Shown here one piece after another: positions 50,930 through 63,569 of a DNA stretch of 64,000 nt (its first letter is position 1; each line of letters opens with the position of its first letter). A program made the position numbers and the translations under genes. The DNA lies in contig NC_068984.1 in assembly GCF_001194135.2 (NCBI RefSeq), positions 59,285,247 to 59,349,246 on the forward strand, written 5' to 3'. Below the pieces are notes generated by a model. The model did not search any database and was not told the origin of the DNA. It saw only the letters and a list, made by a program, of their open reading frames with translations. This DNA comes from Octopus bimaculoides (lineage: Eukaryota).

Positions 50930-51458
50930 GGAATTCTAGTTTAAGCACCCCATATAACCCCTCACGGCTTTTTTATTTTTTGGGGGGGAATTTTCTGAAA
51001 ATTTTGGCGAATGTGTTCTACATGTGGGAATTCATACAATTATGAAGAAGAAAAATGTTTTTAAACCACTCCCCTTCCTTCCATAAATCTTAAAAGTTCC
51101 GCTCTTTTTTGAATACCACATGTTTTTAATCAGAGGTTAAAATACGGACAGTCCGAATTTTTTGCTTAGATCCCAACAATGAGTGCATCATCAGTCCATT
51201 AAATGTGTTTATGGGGGAAAAAATATTGGAAAACAACAATACATATCAGTGACAAAGAAACGAGGAAGGTATCAGGTGGTTATGAGATGTGCTAAAAATA
51301 ACAGCTAAATGGCCTTTAAATCACACACATTTTTTTTTCTGCATAATCTTATCAATTTCCGTGTGTAGAACACAAATTCGCAAAAGTTTTCTGAAAATTC
51401 CAAAAAATAAAAGAAGTTATGAAAGTTGTGGGGGTTAGGGTGCTTAAACCAGAATTCC
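50930..51458. mobile_element. Unclassified TIR element (GGAATTCT... termini)
   Basis: 21-bp TIR ggaattctagtttaagcaccc vs gggtgcttaaaccagaattcc (1 mismatch). No clear TSD. Confidence 0.7.
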
Positions 51459-52056
51459 GACAAAAAGAAAAATCATTGGTTTTGACAATTTCGTTGTTGT
51501 CATTAGTAACTCTTAACTTAAGTTGTAAACTGTTATTTAATTTTAACTTTAACTCTAGAAAATTACATAGTTAAAAACATAGCTTGCGCTGGAGTGCAAA
51601 GCATTCAATGCTTATCGATGACAATTGTTTTCTATAAATAATATGGGAACCAACGAGGTAGTTTCTATGGGAAAACTCGTGGGAAGTACTTTGTTCGCAG
51701 CCGAAATTTCGCCCAAACGGTTTACTGATGAAGTACTCGAAAATATAATTTAAGTTGATTGTCTATGAATTAGTAAAGTTCATAGATAATCTATTTATAT
51801 TTAATTAGCTTTAATAATTGAAACACTTGTCAGACAAATACATCTAAACTTAATAGTAATTTTACAAATAATTCATTTAAGTAATGAATTTATAAAATTA
51901 GAGAGAAATTTATGCTTGCATTATAAAATTAGAGAGACATTTATTCAAATGCTTTCCCCAACAGATTGTTAAAACACTTGTAAAATTCTACTTCTGGTAT
52001 TAAAAATGTTCCTTATCTCCGCTTGGTCAAATTCACCTCAAATTACATCCTTAGAC

Positions 52057-52252
52057 CAACGGTCCTCAACCTTTCTCCCACCACGCACCAGTGGGGTCAA
52101 ATAACAAAACAATAAAGTGCATAATATATAATCTAATTTTTACATATATATTACATGTTTTGCAAAAACGCCTTACAGACTGCGATAGTTGATAAAAAAA
52201 AGAAAAAGAAAAAACATTTCTTTCTGTACCACCCGGTGGTTGGGGACCTCTG
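52057..52252. mobile_element. hAT-type MITE
   Basis: TIRs caacggtcctcaacc and ggttggggacctctg. Degenerate 8-bp TSD (5/8 match). Confidence 0.65.
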
Positions 52253-55170
52253 AATTAAACACAGTGATGGTGGAGAGGGGGGTCGTCTCAACTGGAATAC
52301 TTTGGATCATAGGGCTGCTCGTTGAAAGCTAACCTATGGCTAAACAACAAAAGTGATGTTTACAAAACTATTTATTGCAATATATATATATAACTTAAAT
52401 TATTGATTATATTACACTGACACACAGATATGTAGGAGGCCCAAGAAGAAACCTAATGAATTAACATATTTGCCAAACCATATATTGCACGGAGAGGAGA
52501 GGAATTAGCACTTATTTCTTTTCTTTGACTGTCACTTTTTCGCGGTTGCAGACATGCGAAACAAAAAGTCGTCATAAATTATCAGTGGACGAATTCTTGC
52601 TTATTTTAGCGCTAATATTGAGAGTTAGCGATATAGCCTTTATATTTAAATATTGTATTCCAGTACCTTTTGGGATTAAGGAATATAACTGAATACTTTC
52701 AAGTTGTGATCCAATAAGAAAGTCTTATACACGGCTTCTAGAAACTGCAGCCAAATTTCAGAATTCCCCTTAAACCACACCCTACTGTCTTAAAAACGAT
52801 TTATACCCGAGACTGCATTTGATAATGCACTATTATGTACATAAAGTCTGGGGGGAAAATGTACTGATGTACGTAACTGGAACGTTTTTAATCACAGGTC
52901 TACCCAATCGTGGTTGACTTGGAACTAAACAAACAACAAACTTTTGTGGAGATTTTCGGTGAAATCTTACTAATTTTTATAATTAATTATAAAGGGATAA
53001 TCATAGGTAAATATGCAGTTATGCAGATTTATTTAATCATTTAGTTGATTTATTCCTTTTTACTTTCTGGAAATATAATAACCACTTGTTTGAGTTTGAA
53101 CTGAAGGTTTGAAATCTTTTAAGAAAAAGAATTATTAGGAAAATATATTAGCAACTTTGCAACATTTTATAAGTACCTAAATGTTTTCACCATTTAATGC
53201 AGTTAGTTTCTGATATAATAAACAGAACTATCTTTTTTCTTCTCACGAACCCAAAATATTTCCCATTTCTCTGACATGCCTTTTTGTGAGAAAGTATTAA
53301 AAAAACAAAACAAAAACGGTAAGAAAAATGCTTCGAAGCAAACTTACGTAATTTACTACTTTTAACTCCTGCGAACTTTCCTTTCGGGATTGTTTGTATG
53401 AAGTTTAAGAAAAAGAAAAGACAACCAACCTGTGGGAGAAGGGACGACAGAAGTATAACACTGCTAAAAAAACGCGTTAATCTCTCTCCTCAAAGAGTCC
53501 GTCTGACTTTCTAGCGGAAACTTACTCATCTGCAACCTGTGAAAACAGCATCACTATCCACATATAGTCCTTCTCGATTTACTTTTTGTTTGGTTCACGC
53601 AACTAGGTCACCAGAACAAAGGTTAAAATTGAAACCAGTTACATTTTCAAGGCATGTGCTTTCATTTAATGTTATGTTTGTTTAGGCCTAAGCAAAAAAA
53701 AAAATCAATATGAAAGAGAAGTGAAAATAATCAAGTCAGTAGAAATGTATTGGAGTAGTTAACGCAGCGTGGCTGAACGATTAAGAAGCTCGCTTTTCAA
53801 TCACTAGGTTTCAGGTTCGATCGTACCGTGACGTCTTGGGCAAGTATCTTTAGCCCAAACTTTGTGAATGAAATTTGGTAGACAGAAACTATCAAAAGTA
53901 ATCTAGAGGTCCAATCTTATCGCACACTGCTATTTTGTTTCTGCTCGAGAGTTCTCAACTTTTTACATGCAATTTTAATAAGTGTGTAGTTCAGTTGGTC
54001 GAACATTTGAACACTCACCATCGAAATATACGATTGTGTGTGTGCGAGAGGGAGAGAGAGGAGCAGTTTTTTGTTTTGCTTTTTCATAATATCTTTTTCT
54101 TTGTCCTTTGACTATGAAAATTTTTCCTTTATTCGTCGGGGGGAAAATCGCGGGTAAAATTTAATCGACACCACTATGTTTTTATTGGCAGAATCGTTAG
54201 CGCACCGGACGATATGCTTAGCGATATTTCGCCCGTGGCTACATTTTGAGTTCAAATTCTGCCGGGGTCGAATTTGCCTTTCATCCTTTCGGGGTCGACA
54301 TAATCGATTAGCCCCCTTCCCCAAAATGTCATGCTTTGTGCCTATAGTAGAAAGGATTATTTCCTCCGTCTTAGCGAAGGCGGAGGTATTGTTTTCAGTT
54401 GCGTTTGTTTGTCCATGGACAAGATATCTCAAGAACCGCTGGATGGATTCGGATGAAACTTTCAGGGATGTTTGGCTTCGTGATTGGCACGAACTGCTTG
54501 AATTTGGGGATCGATCCGGCACCGGACAAGGATTTTGGATTATTTTTCCTATTTTTTTTACTTAATTCTGAGAGCGGTCGGGTTTCTTTTTAGTATTCTC
54601 GTTTGTGAAAGCAGTCGAGTTTATTTCAGATATTCTCATTTTAAAAATCATCTCTGGCTAATCGTTGTGAGGGCGTTGGTGTTGCCTTGGCGGAGGTTTG
54701 CGCTCTCTGAGTGCTATTAAATACTATTATTATTGTATGTGGCATCTCGGCTTTCTGCCCTCTGCTGCTACAAATAGTTTTGATCCTCCAGACACTTTCT
54801 TCTTGACTAATCCCTCATCAACTTTTTCAAGTTCCACTTGAAAAGAAAAGTAATTGTAGAGAGGAAAATACTATCTCCCAGCAATTTTGTTAAAAAGTGA
54901 GTGAATGTAACGCGAATGGCTTGAGTGAACGGGCCTACTCTAAACATCCGCCTCTAGATCGAAGGTAGATGAAGAGGAGAAGGTCAGGGTGGTCATGGGT
55001 TTTCCACGAGAAGCCCTTGGAAGTCTCCCTCTTTTGGGGATCTTAATTTTTATAGCTTTCGTTGTTATTCTCTTTTTACACGTTTACGTTTCAGTCCCAC
55101 TCTGTTTGTATTGTATTATCCTGTACCGTCTCCAATCTTTTATATGAACCCTCAGTTGTTAATAAAGAGA

Positions 55171-56109
55171 TTTTTTTTTTTTTTATAACGTGCTTTCACT
55201 TCACTACCGAGCGCAGCTCTGTGCGCCTTGGGTATGTGCTGTGGTGCTCTTATGTTTACTGTATTGAAAGTGTTTTGCGTAGAATGTGTGCANNNNNNNN
55301 NNNNNNNNNNNNNNNNNNNNNNNNNNNNNNNNNNNNNNNNNNNNNNNNNNNNNNNNNNNNNNNNNNNNNNNNNNNNNNNNNNNNNNNNNNNNNNNNNNNN
55401 NNNNNNNNNNNNNNNNNNNNNNNNNNNNNNNNNNNNNNNNNNNNNNNNNNNNNNNNNNNNNNNNNNNNNNNNNNNNNNNNNNNNNNNNNNNNNNNNNNNN
55501 NNNNNNNNNNNNNNNNNNNNNNNNNNNNNNNNNNNNNNNNNNNNNNNNNNNNNNNNNNNNNNNNNNNNNNNNNNNNNNNNNNNNNNNNNNNNNNNNNNNN
55601 NNNNNNNNNNNNNNNNNNNNNNNNNNNNNNNNNNNNNNNNNNNNNNNNNNNNNNNNNNNNNNNNNNNNNNNNNNNNNNNNNNNNNNNNNNNNNNNNNNNN
55701 NNNNNNNNNNNNNNNNNNNNNNNNNNNNNNNNNNNNNNNNNNNNNNNNNNNNNNNNNNNNNNNNNNNNNNNNNNNNNNNNNNNNNNNNNNNNNNNNNNNN
55801 NNNNNNNNNNNNNNNNNNNNNNNNNNNNNNNNNNNNNNNNNNNNNNNCCTTCTTAGCCAGGACTGGGCAGCCAGAGATAATATGATTTATTGTTTCTTGT
55901 CCATCTCCACATATTCTACAGTTACTTATGTTTCTTTTCATTATGTGTTTTTGGTAATTTCTGGTGGGGAGGCTTTGGTCTTGTGCAGCAATTAAAAATC
56001 CTTCAGTCTCTGCTTTGAGTCCTGAGCTTCTCAACCATTGCTGGGATTTTTCTCTGCCTATTTCTTTTGCATTTAGTTTAGCCCCTGGGATTTTTCTGTC
56101 TATTTCTTT
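55171..56109 (-). mobile_element. Young, 5'-truncated R4/Dong-like (RLE) retrotransposon with poly(A) tail
   Basis: Open frame WLRSSGLKAETEGFLIAAQDQSLPTRNY...CRICGDGQETINHIISGCPVLAKK. The C-terminus AHILRKTLSIQ* lies on the other side of the gap, followed by a 14-nt poly(A) at 55184-55171. Confidence 0.9.
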
Positions 56110-57227
56110 ATTATTATTATTATTATTATTATTATTGATTCTCGTCACTGTTTGTTGGGTTAGATATTTTGTTTGCCTTGGGATTTCTCAAGGCCAGAAA
56201 CAATCAATTCAAATCCATCCCACCTTTTTATTTTACCGACCCGGCAGATTCAGTTCCGGCGGGATGTTTGTGAAATCAACTAAGATGGTGGCAGGGGGGG
56301 GGGTTACATTCTACCAATTCTGCTATCTATTCATTTGAAGAATCATTTCTATCATAGCCACAAGGCCACAAATTTAGGGATTAGCATCACCTTACTTTAT
56401 CGGCGATGAAAGAATGTAAGAATGCAACGTCGAACTTAAGATCATGAACTCAAGTAAAAGTACATAATACATAACTACAGTTTTGTAGGAAAGAAATAGA
56501 ATCAAAAATTAAGAAAGGATTCTCTCTCTCTAACTCATTTCAATTTCCTTCATTGCGACACTTTTTCCTGCCTGTACCCACAGACGGGACTAATATCAGT
56601 GTAAACACACCTTCTAACACGAGCGAGGAAAAAATATTTAAAAAATAAAAAGATAAATGCGCTTCGCTGTAAATCGAACCATCGCACATTTCCTCAGTGT
56701 GTTTTTGCGTAATTTCGTTTTTAACTTTTTCTGTGTGTTTCGTAAGATTGCCGTTTTGTACTTGTTGACCATTCAGTGATGGTAGTAGCACGCATATTAT
56801 ATATAATATATATATTGGATGACTTTGCTATGGTAATAACCATCTGTTTACGGAGAGAAAGTAGTCGACCTCTTGAAAAACAATAAACAAAAAAAAACCA
56901 TAAGCTTTCAATTTGTTTTCATTGTATCGTGTTACATTTATTTTATAGTCGCGTGCGCGTGTTTGAAAGAGAAACGTAGGAGGGAAATAAGTAAACGTAC
57001 TGGAAAAGGAACGTTTTCTTACGATCCACGTCACTTAGTTTCTTCGATTTCTTTTTAATGCAAAACCTGTCATGTTTTGTTTAGACACGCGGGCGCTAGC
57101 GCGCGCACGCACACACACGCGCACTCACACACACAAACACACACACTTGGTAAGTGTTCTGTGTGTGTGTAAATATACTTATATGGTCGCTCGACCTGCT
57201 AGAAATATCAGCCAAATCTTTAAAATA

Positions 57228-57643
57228 CAGTAATCCCTCGACTATCGCGGGTGTTACGTTCGAAAACGATAGGTGAAAATCCGCGAAGTAGAAACAGTAC
57301 TGTACTGTGCGTTTTTTTTATCATTTTTATAATTTGTATTTATTTTATTATCAGTGCAAAACAACACCACACACTCGCCTCCCGAGTTTTGTTTTCCATA
57401 CAGTATGTGCGATTCTTTGTTTACTCATCTACTGTAACACAACGTATTTTTCTTTAATATATTTTAATTACTGTATTATACATTGCAGTACTGTATTTTA
57501 ATTTTATTAATTTTAAGGCGTGAAAATGCTTATTTTGCCACAAATAATTAAAATCTAAAAAAATATAAATACCTATTAGCCGAAGAAACCCGCGATGTAC
57601 TGAGGGCGCGATAGGTGAACCGCGTTATGGCGAGTGATTACTA
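57228..57643. mobile_element. pogo/Tigger-like MITE inserted into a SINE
   Basis: TIRs cagtaatccctcgactatcgcgg and ccgcgttatggcgagtgattacta, with TA on both flanks. The host repeat (ctgctagaaatatcagccaaatc...cacccaactgt...gaaatgcctttgatt) continues on both sides. Confidence 0.85.
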
Positions 57644-58287
57644 TACACCCAACTGTAGTTTTAAAAAAAGATGGAATAGGTTATGTATTAATGCTGTACA
57701 TCTAAAGATAGTCGAATTGAAATGCCTTTGATTATAGATCTCGATCAGGGCTGATTTGAGGTCAAACGACAAAATGTAATTCGAATTCTGTTGTTCTCTT
57801 TACATTAATATACAGAGGTGCACCTTAGATGTTTCTACCCTGTAGAGCAAGACTATATTAGGTAAAGTCGAATATCATGCTATAGTATAAATGACTATGC
57901 TAAGATTACAATGAATAATGATGGAGATATACAATATATATAGAGAGAGAGAGAAGTGGCAGTTTTGATAACGTTGGTGAGGAACATCTAATTTTGATAC
58001 CAAAATAACCAAGCTACATGTTCTAGGATGAATATATATTATCTTGTTTTATTGCTAAGACTCGTGTGATTGTGGTTTATTGTTATTGTTTATTTTTCTT
58101 TTGCGGGGTACAGGTTTAATCAAAGGGGTTAAACAGTAGCACCCATATTCATTTTTGCAAAGTTTTTGAAACTAGAAGGGTGTAGATGAGTAGAAGAAAC
58201 CATTGATGGGTTAGAGTTAGGGTTAGGGTTATCATAATAAGGCTGGAAATGTGATCAGAATGCTCACAGCAGAAAGCACTCTCCTAA

Positions 58288-58502
58288 CCCTTTCGCATTT
58301 AAACCAGACACATCTTGCCCAAATATTCCACCTGATTTATGTTCAAACTAGTCAGTTCCAGCTTCTCATATCTACTGTACAATGTCATTTTAAAAAGTAA
58401 ATAAACAATCACATCATTGAGGTCTTGAAGCTACATAATTAATTGAAAACAATGTGAATAAATAAGCATTACATTTGACTGAGTAATTTTAATGCTAAAA
58501 GG
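58288..58502. mobile_element. piggyBac-type MITE (relatives near 14820-15030, 28215-28430, 37545-37750)
   Basis: CTAA/TTAA flanks. TIR ccctttcgcatt vs aatgctaaaagg. Confidence 0.75.
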
Positions 58503-59180
58503 TTAAGACACCCAAAGATGGCAGGTTGGCAGTTGTTTAAAGTAATGGATAGAATATCCCATATCTCATGATATTTATTCTGACTCTGTGTTCTGAGTTC
58601 AGATCCAACTGAAATCAGTTTTGCCTTTCATCCTTTTGGGTTGATACAAAAAAGTACCAGTTCAAGGCAGTAGATTGTCAGAACTGTTAGAGGGTCTAGC
58701 AAGATGTCTTGTGATATTTGTTCAGGCTCTTTGTAGTCTGACAACAACACTTGTGACAATACTGGTTGCCAGGCTGTATCAGCACATCAACAGACTTTTC
58801 CTTTGGTAACATCAATGAAGGTGTATGAGACGTTTTGACACAACTGTTTTAGCACTGACTTTCTGATGTCATTGATTCAATGCTGACTTATTTAACACCA
58901 GATGCATTAATGTTTTTCTCATTCTCTCTCTCTCTCTCTCTCTCTCACTCTCTCTATCTTTCTATTTATATATATACTAGCAGAGATACTCGCCATTGCT
59001 TGGGATTACAATAGCATGGCTTTTTATTGTTTTGTTTCGGTCATGTGATTGCAGACATGCCTTTAGTCGAAGAAATCGACCTCAGGATTTATTCTTTGAA
59101 AGCCTAGTACTTCTTCTATCGGAGTATTTTTCTCAAGTAAAATGAAATCAAGATCAAAATCAAATCAAATAGAAATTGTA

Positions 59181-59600
59181 GTGGCCAATGCCAGTGCCAC
59201 CTGACTGGCTCCTGTTCGGGTGGCACACAATAAGCACCATTCATGTGTGGGTCGTTGCCAGTGCCGCCTGAATGGCTCCCCGTGTCGGTGGAATGTAAAA
59301 AGCACCATCTGAACATGCTTGATGCCAGTCCCCCCCCCTACCCGTACAGGTAGCATATAAAAAGCACCACCTGAACGTGGCCGATGCCAGTGCCGCCTGA
59401 CTGGCTCCCATGCTGGTGGCACGTAAAAAGCACCCACTACACTCTCTGAGTGGTTGACGCTAGGAAGGGCATCCAGCTGCAGAAATGTTGCCAGATCAGA
59501 TTGGAGCAGGTGCAGCTTCCTGTCTTGCTAGGCCCCAGTCAAACCGTCCAGCCCATGCCAGTATGGAAAATAGACGTTAAATGATGATGATGATGATGAT
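59181..59600 (+). mobile_element. RTE-related SINE with four ~66-nt internal tandem units
   Basis: Units gccagtgccgcctgactggctccc..gccggtggcacgtaaaaagcacc, followed by the aggaagggcatccagc core and (ATG)n tail. Confidence 0.85.
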
Positions 59601-61554
59601 ATATATATTTCTCCATTTGCTCATGTGTGTGTATGTTTGATTACCTCCACTGCCAAAACAGGTTGACTGTCCAGTCAGATGTACCAAATTATCAATGTCC
59701 AAAAAGCCATCTCTAATTGTCAAATCCTTAGTCCACTTTAATTCATTGGCCCTGGGGTAGAAGCAAATGTAATTAACTGTCCACTCAACACACCAAAAAC
59801 AAAAATTATAGCCTTGTGCCACTTGCAAAATATTATTTGCTCTCAATTTATGATAGTTATTAATATATAACATGAAAATAGTTTCAGTTGCTATCCAAGC
59901 AAGAATGTATGTCATCATCATCATTATCATCATTTAACATCCACGTTCCATTGCACAGTTTGACAGGATCTAATTGGTCGAAGGACTGCATCATGATCTA
60001 CTGTCTGCTTTAGTGTGGTTTCTACAGGTGAATGTCCTTCCTTACAGCAACCACTTTACAACATGTACTGGGTTTTTTTTACTTTCTTTCTTTTTTTCTC
60101 ATGCCATCAGAACTTTTGAGATTGCCATGCAGCTTGCAAGATTATGAACCCAGAGGAAGGTGATGGATGAAGGGGTAAAGTATGCAAGAAGTGGGGTAGC
60201 AGAGTAGGATTTTGTAGAAGAGTTGATGGATACTGACATTCAGTAGAGGAAGGAAATGATATATATATGAGTGAGTGGACCAATGAAGGAAAGTGGGACT
60301 CAACACATTTATTAGAAGTTACATATACTATTTAATAATGGTTTGATTCAGCTCCATGCGAGAAGGTTCATGGGCTTGTATAACAAACCAAATTCTTCAG
60401 GTTTATATGTGTGTGTACATACATACGTATGTACATAGAAGAATTGCTATTTTGAATGAGGCAGCATAACAGTTAACCAATGTTTAGTACATCATATATA
60501 TCCAAATTCCAATCAAGTATTAAACATAATTTGCTCTCCTATTTCCTTTTGGTATTATATACATTTGAATTATTAACAGAGTGTATATCTAAGAGCAGAA
60601 TAAAACAAGAGTATTGGTTTATCTTTTTATTATAACATCATAAATTACATAATCTTTAAATGTGTTTCACTAAGAAATACTGATATGTTGTGTGGTAATT
60701 GCTATGTAGACAGTTGCTTAATCACATTGAAATGCCAAGTCTTCAGAAAAACACACTAATTTAATCCATTATTATCATTATAGGTATGGCTATAGGTGCA
60801 GGTGTGGCTGTGTGGTTAAGAAGTTTGTTTGTAACCACATGATTTTGGGTTCAATCCTTCTGTGTGGAATCTTGGGCAAGTGTCTTCAACTATAGCTCAA
60901 AGCTGACCAAAGCCTTGTCAGTGGATTTGGTAGACAGGAACTGAAAGAAGCTCATCATATATAGAGTATGTGTATGTTTGTGAATCTTTGTATGTTTGTA
61001 TCACTTTGTCTTGATATTGTGTGATAGTTCTAAATGAGTGTCATTGTCATCCATTTCCAGTAATCTGCAAAAACGTTTGGCCATGGGAAAATATTACCTT
61101 ACTTGTAAACAAGTTAGGGTTGGTAACAGGAAGAGTATCCAGCCATATAAAATCTACCTCAGTAAACTCTGTCCAACCCATGCAAGCATACAAAAATAGA
61201 CAAAATAATGATGATATCTAGATAGCTACCTTCCTCTGAGAAACATACGTAAAATCACCATACCATATCTTACACCTGCAATATTACACTCAGCATTTAT
61301 TACTAGCAAGAAATTTTTATAATGTTCTTCCACTTTATCTGTCTCACTACATCATGTTCATCAGCACTTACCACTTTGTTTGGCTAATTGGTAGTCATAT
61401 TGCTTATGTAACCAAATGTTCATCATAAACATTGAAAACCTCAAAATAGTTAACATGCTTAATAGGCAGACCTGAAATTGAATCTTCTTTATAATAGTTA
61501 TTTTTATGCATGTCAGGATAATAACAATAATAGTGATAATAGAGCTCTAGCTCT

Positions 61555-61560
61555 ATTATT

Positions 61561-61598
<38 letters not shown>
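61555..61598. repeat. (ATC)n microsatellite
   Basis: Read directly from the sequence. Confidence 0.95.
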
Positions 61599-62559
61599 GA
61601 CGACATGCATAAAAATAACTTGATGTTTGATAGTTCAGTGTCTTCTACCTGAAATTGATAGTGCAGCTACATGGAATTTTTGTATCACTGAATACTATGA
61701 TAACAGTATTCACAAGAATGTGCAAGCAAATTAACAGAACTTCTTTTTCCTTTTTTCTGGAGATATTTCTGAGACCTGACTGCAGAAAAGGGTAGATGGT
61801 TTTCATTAAGATCTCTTTATGTCATAAGTCTCCAATTTGTTCCAAACTGAACAGGGCTATTCAACAACTATCAAAACAACAACATAAAGACTAAACAAAA
61901 CAAGGATGCCACTATGCTAGAAATAGCAGCCCAGTTTCCCCTCAAACCCCTATTAAAAAACAAAGAACATGTCAGATAATGTAGTCCTAGGAACACTAAC
62001 TGCAAAAAAGACAGTTGGCCATTGCTGGGACCAAATAGCTACAAATATTTATATCATTACATAAACTGGATGGTGAGTATTTATCTTAATGAGTTTTTTG
62101 GTCACTGTCAAAAGCCTTATCTTACTGTAGTGTATTAGAAGTAAATCAGCATTATGGCACCCATCTACAGTTTTGTTATTGGCTATAATTAAAAATTAGA
62201 AAAGGAAGAGAAAATTACTCAACCAGTAACCAAAAATTGTATGTTGACAAGAGCTTTTTCTTGGACATGTTGTTTATCTATCAACATAATACAGACAAGT
62301 TTGAAGGTGTTATTGTCAAACACAATCAACTTGTATATCCCATCTGTCAGGTGCATTCAGATTGATTATGCATGCTGCGCTTATGAAATAGGTACACCTA
62401 AAGATCGCATGTATAGTATGACATCATGTGATACCTAATACGGAAACATGTAACAAGAAATACCAAGTTACTTTCTCTCATTATTGATGTACTCTTTATA
62501 TTATGGTATAAACCTTTTTGAACTGCACAGGACCTCGTGATCACAAGTGCATCCATTCC

Positions 62560-63170
62560 TACTATCTATCTTTTGGAAATATGCTGTGCGTGAGAAGACC
62601 TGGCAAGCCAAGTGAGACCTAAATCCAAGGGGTGTAGCCAGCCCACTTATGCGTACCTTTCCTTCATTGGACACTAAACTCCGCTTGCGAAGACTTTTTG
62701 AAGCAAGTGAAATCGAAATCGAACTAAATTCTACAACTGGCACCCATGCCAACGTCGTCTCCCTCATTGCGAAGACTTATTGAGGCAAGCGAAAGCGAAA
62801 TTGTGATGGCACATGTGCCCAGCATCGCCCTTCTGGCACTTGTGCCCATGACATGTGTAAGGATTTTCGAGCAAGATCGTTGCCAGTGCCCCTGGACTAG
62901 CTCTTGTGTGGGTGGCACATAAAATACACCATTTTGAGCATGGCCGTTGCCAGTACCGCCTGACTGGCCTTCATGCAGGTGACACGTAAAAGCACCCACT
63001 ACACTCTCTGAGTGGTTGGCATTAGGAAGGGCATCCAGCTGTAGAAACTCTGCCAAATCAGATTGGAGCCTGGTGTAGCCATCTGGTTTCACTAGTCCTC
63101 AGTCAAATCGTCCAACCCATGTTAGCATGGAAAGCGGACGTTAAACAATGATGATGATGATGATGATGAT
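62560..63170 (+). mobile_element. Long, young member of the RTE-related SINE family
   Basis: CpG-rich 5' extension with a duplicated ttgcgaagact...gcaag.gaaa.cgaaat motif, two or three degenerate 66-nt units, then the standard core and tail. Confidence 0.75.
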
Positions 63171-63533
63171 GTATTCATTCATTCTTTTATGGGTTTCTGT
63201 CATTGGATTGTGGCCATGTTGTGTTACTGCCTTTTAGTGTTTTAGTAAATGATATCAAGCCCAGGCTTTTTTTTTTTTTAAGTCTGATATTTATTTTAAC
63301 AATCCTTATCAGTCAAACTGCTAACTTACAAGATGTAAATTTAGACACAGATACGTGTGTGTGTGTGTGTGTATGATAGACTTCCATGCAGTTTCTACCT
63401 ACCAAATTTCATTCATAAAGTGTTGGTTGACTGAAGCCTATAACAGACAACACTCATCCTCAATGCCCCACAGTGTGACCAAACCTGAAGCCATGTTTTT
63501 TTCAAAATGGACTTCTTAACCACAAAACCATGC

Positions 63534-63569
<36 letters not shown>

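Larger units (their letters stand above)
50700..57800. promoter_or_regulatory. CpG-retaining domain, candidate promoter/regulatory region
   Basis: Visibly high CpG density in both unique sequence and repeats, unlike 1-50 kb. GC/CA-rich motif at 57085-57125. Not quantified. Confidence 0.5.

Noticed and set aside
51725-51760. CTGATGA...CGAAA hammerhead-like motif
   Set aside because: Stem II is at most 1 bp and no stem I pairing follows any possible NUH site.
54112-54720. ORFs of 129-136 aa (and similar ones at 24315-24620, 14124-14579, 19961-20370, 62724-63092)
   Set aside because: They lie entirely within SINE or DINE-like repeats and have no recognisable protein features.
59181-59434. CRISPR-like array of palindromic repeats
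   Set aside because: The whole 66-nt unit repeats with no unique spacers, there are no cas genes, the DNA is eukaryotic, and the units are internal to a dispersed SINE family.
62200-62440. GIY-YIG/Penelope ORF remnant
   Set aside because: No convincing motif in any frame by eye. It would need a blastx hit to support.
62600-63040. HDV-like ribozyme in the 5' extension of the RTE-related element
   Set aside because: Some P1/P2/P3-like pairings can be drawn, but P3' is not directly followed by P1' and the L3 loop is off-consensus. The segment is better explained as a degenerate 66-nt unit.
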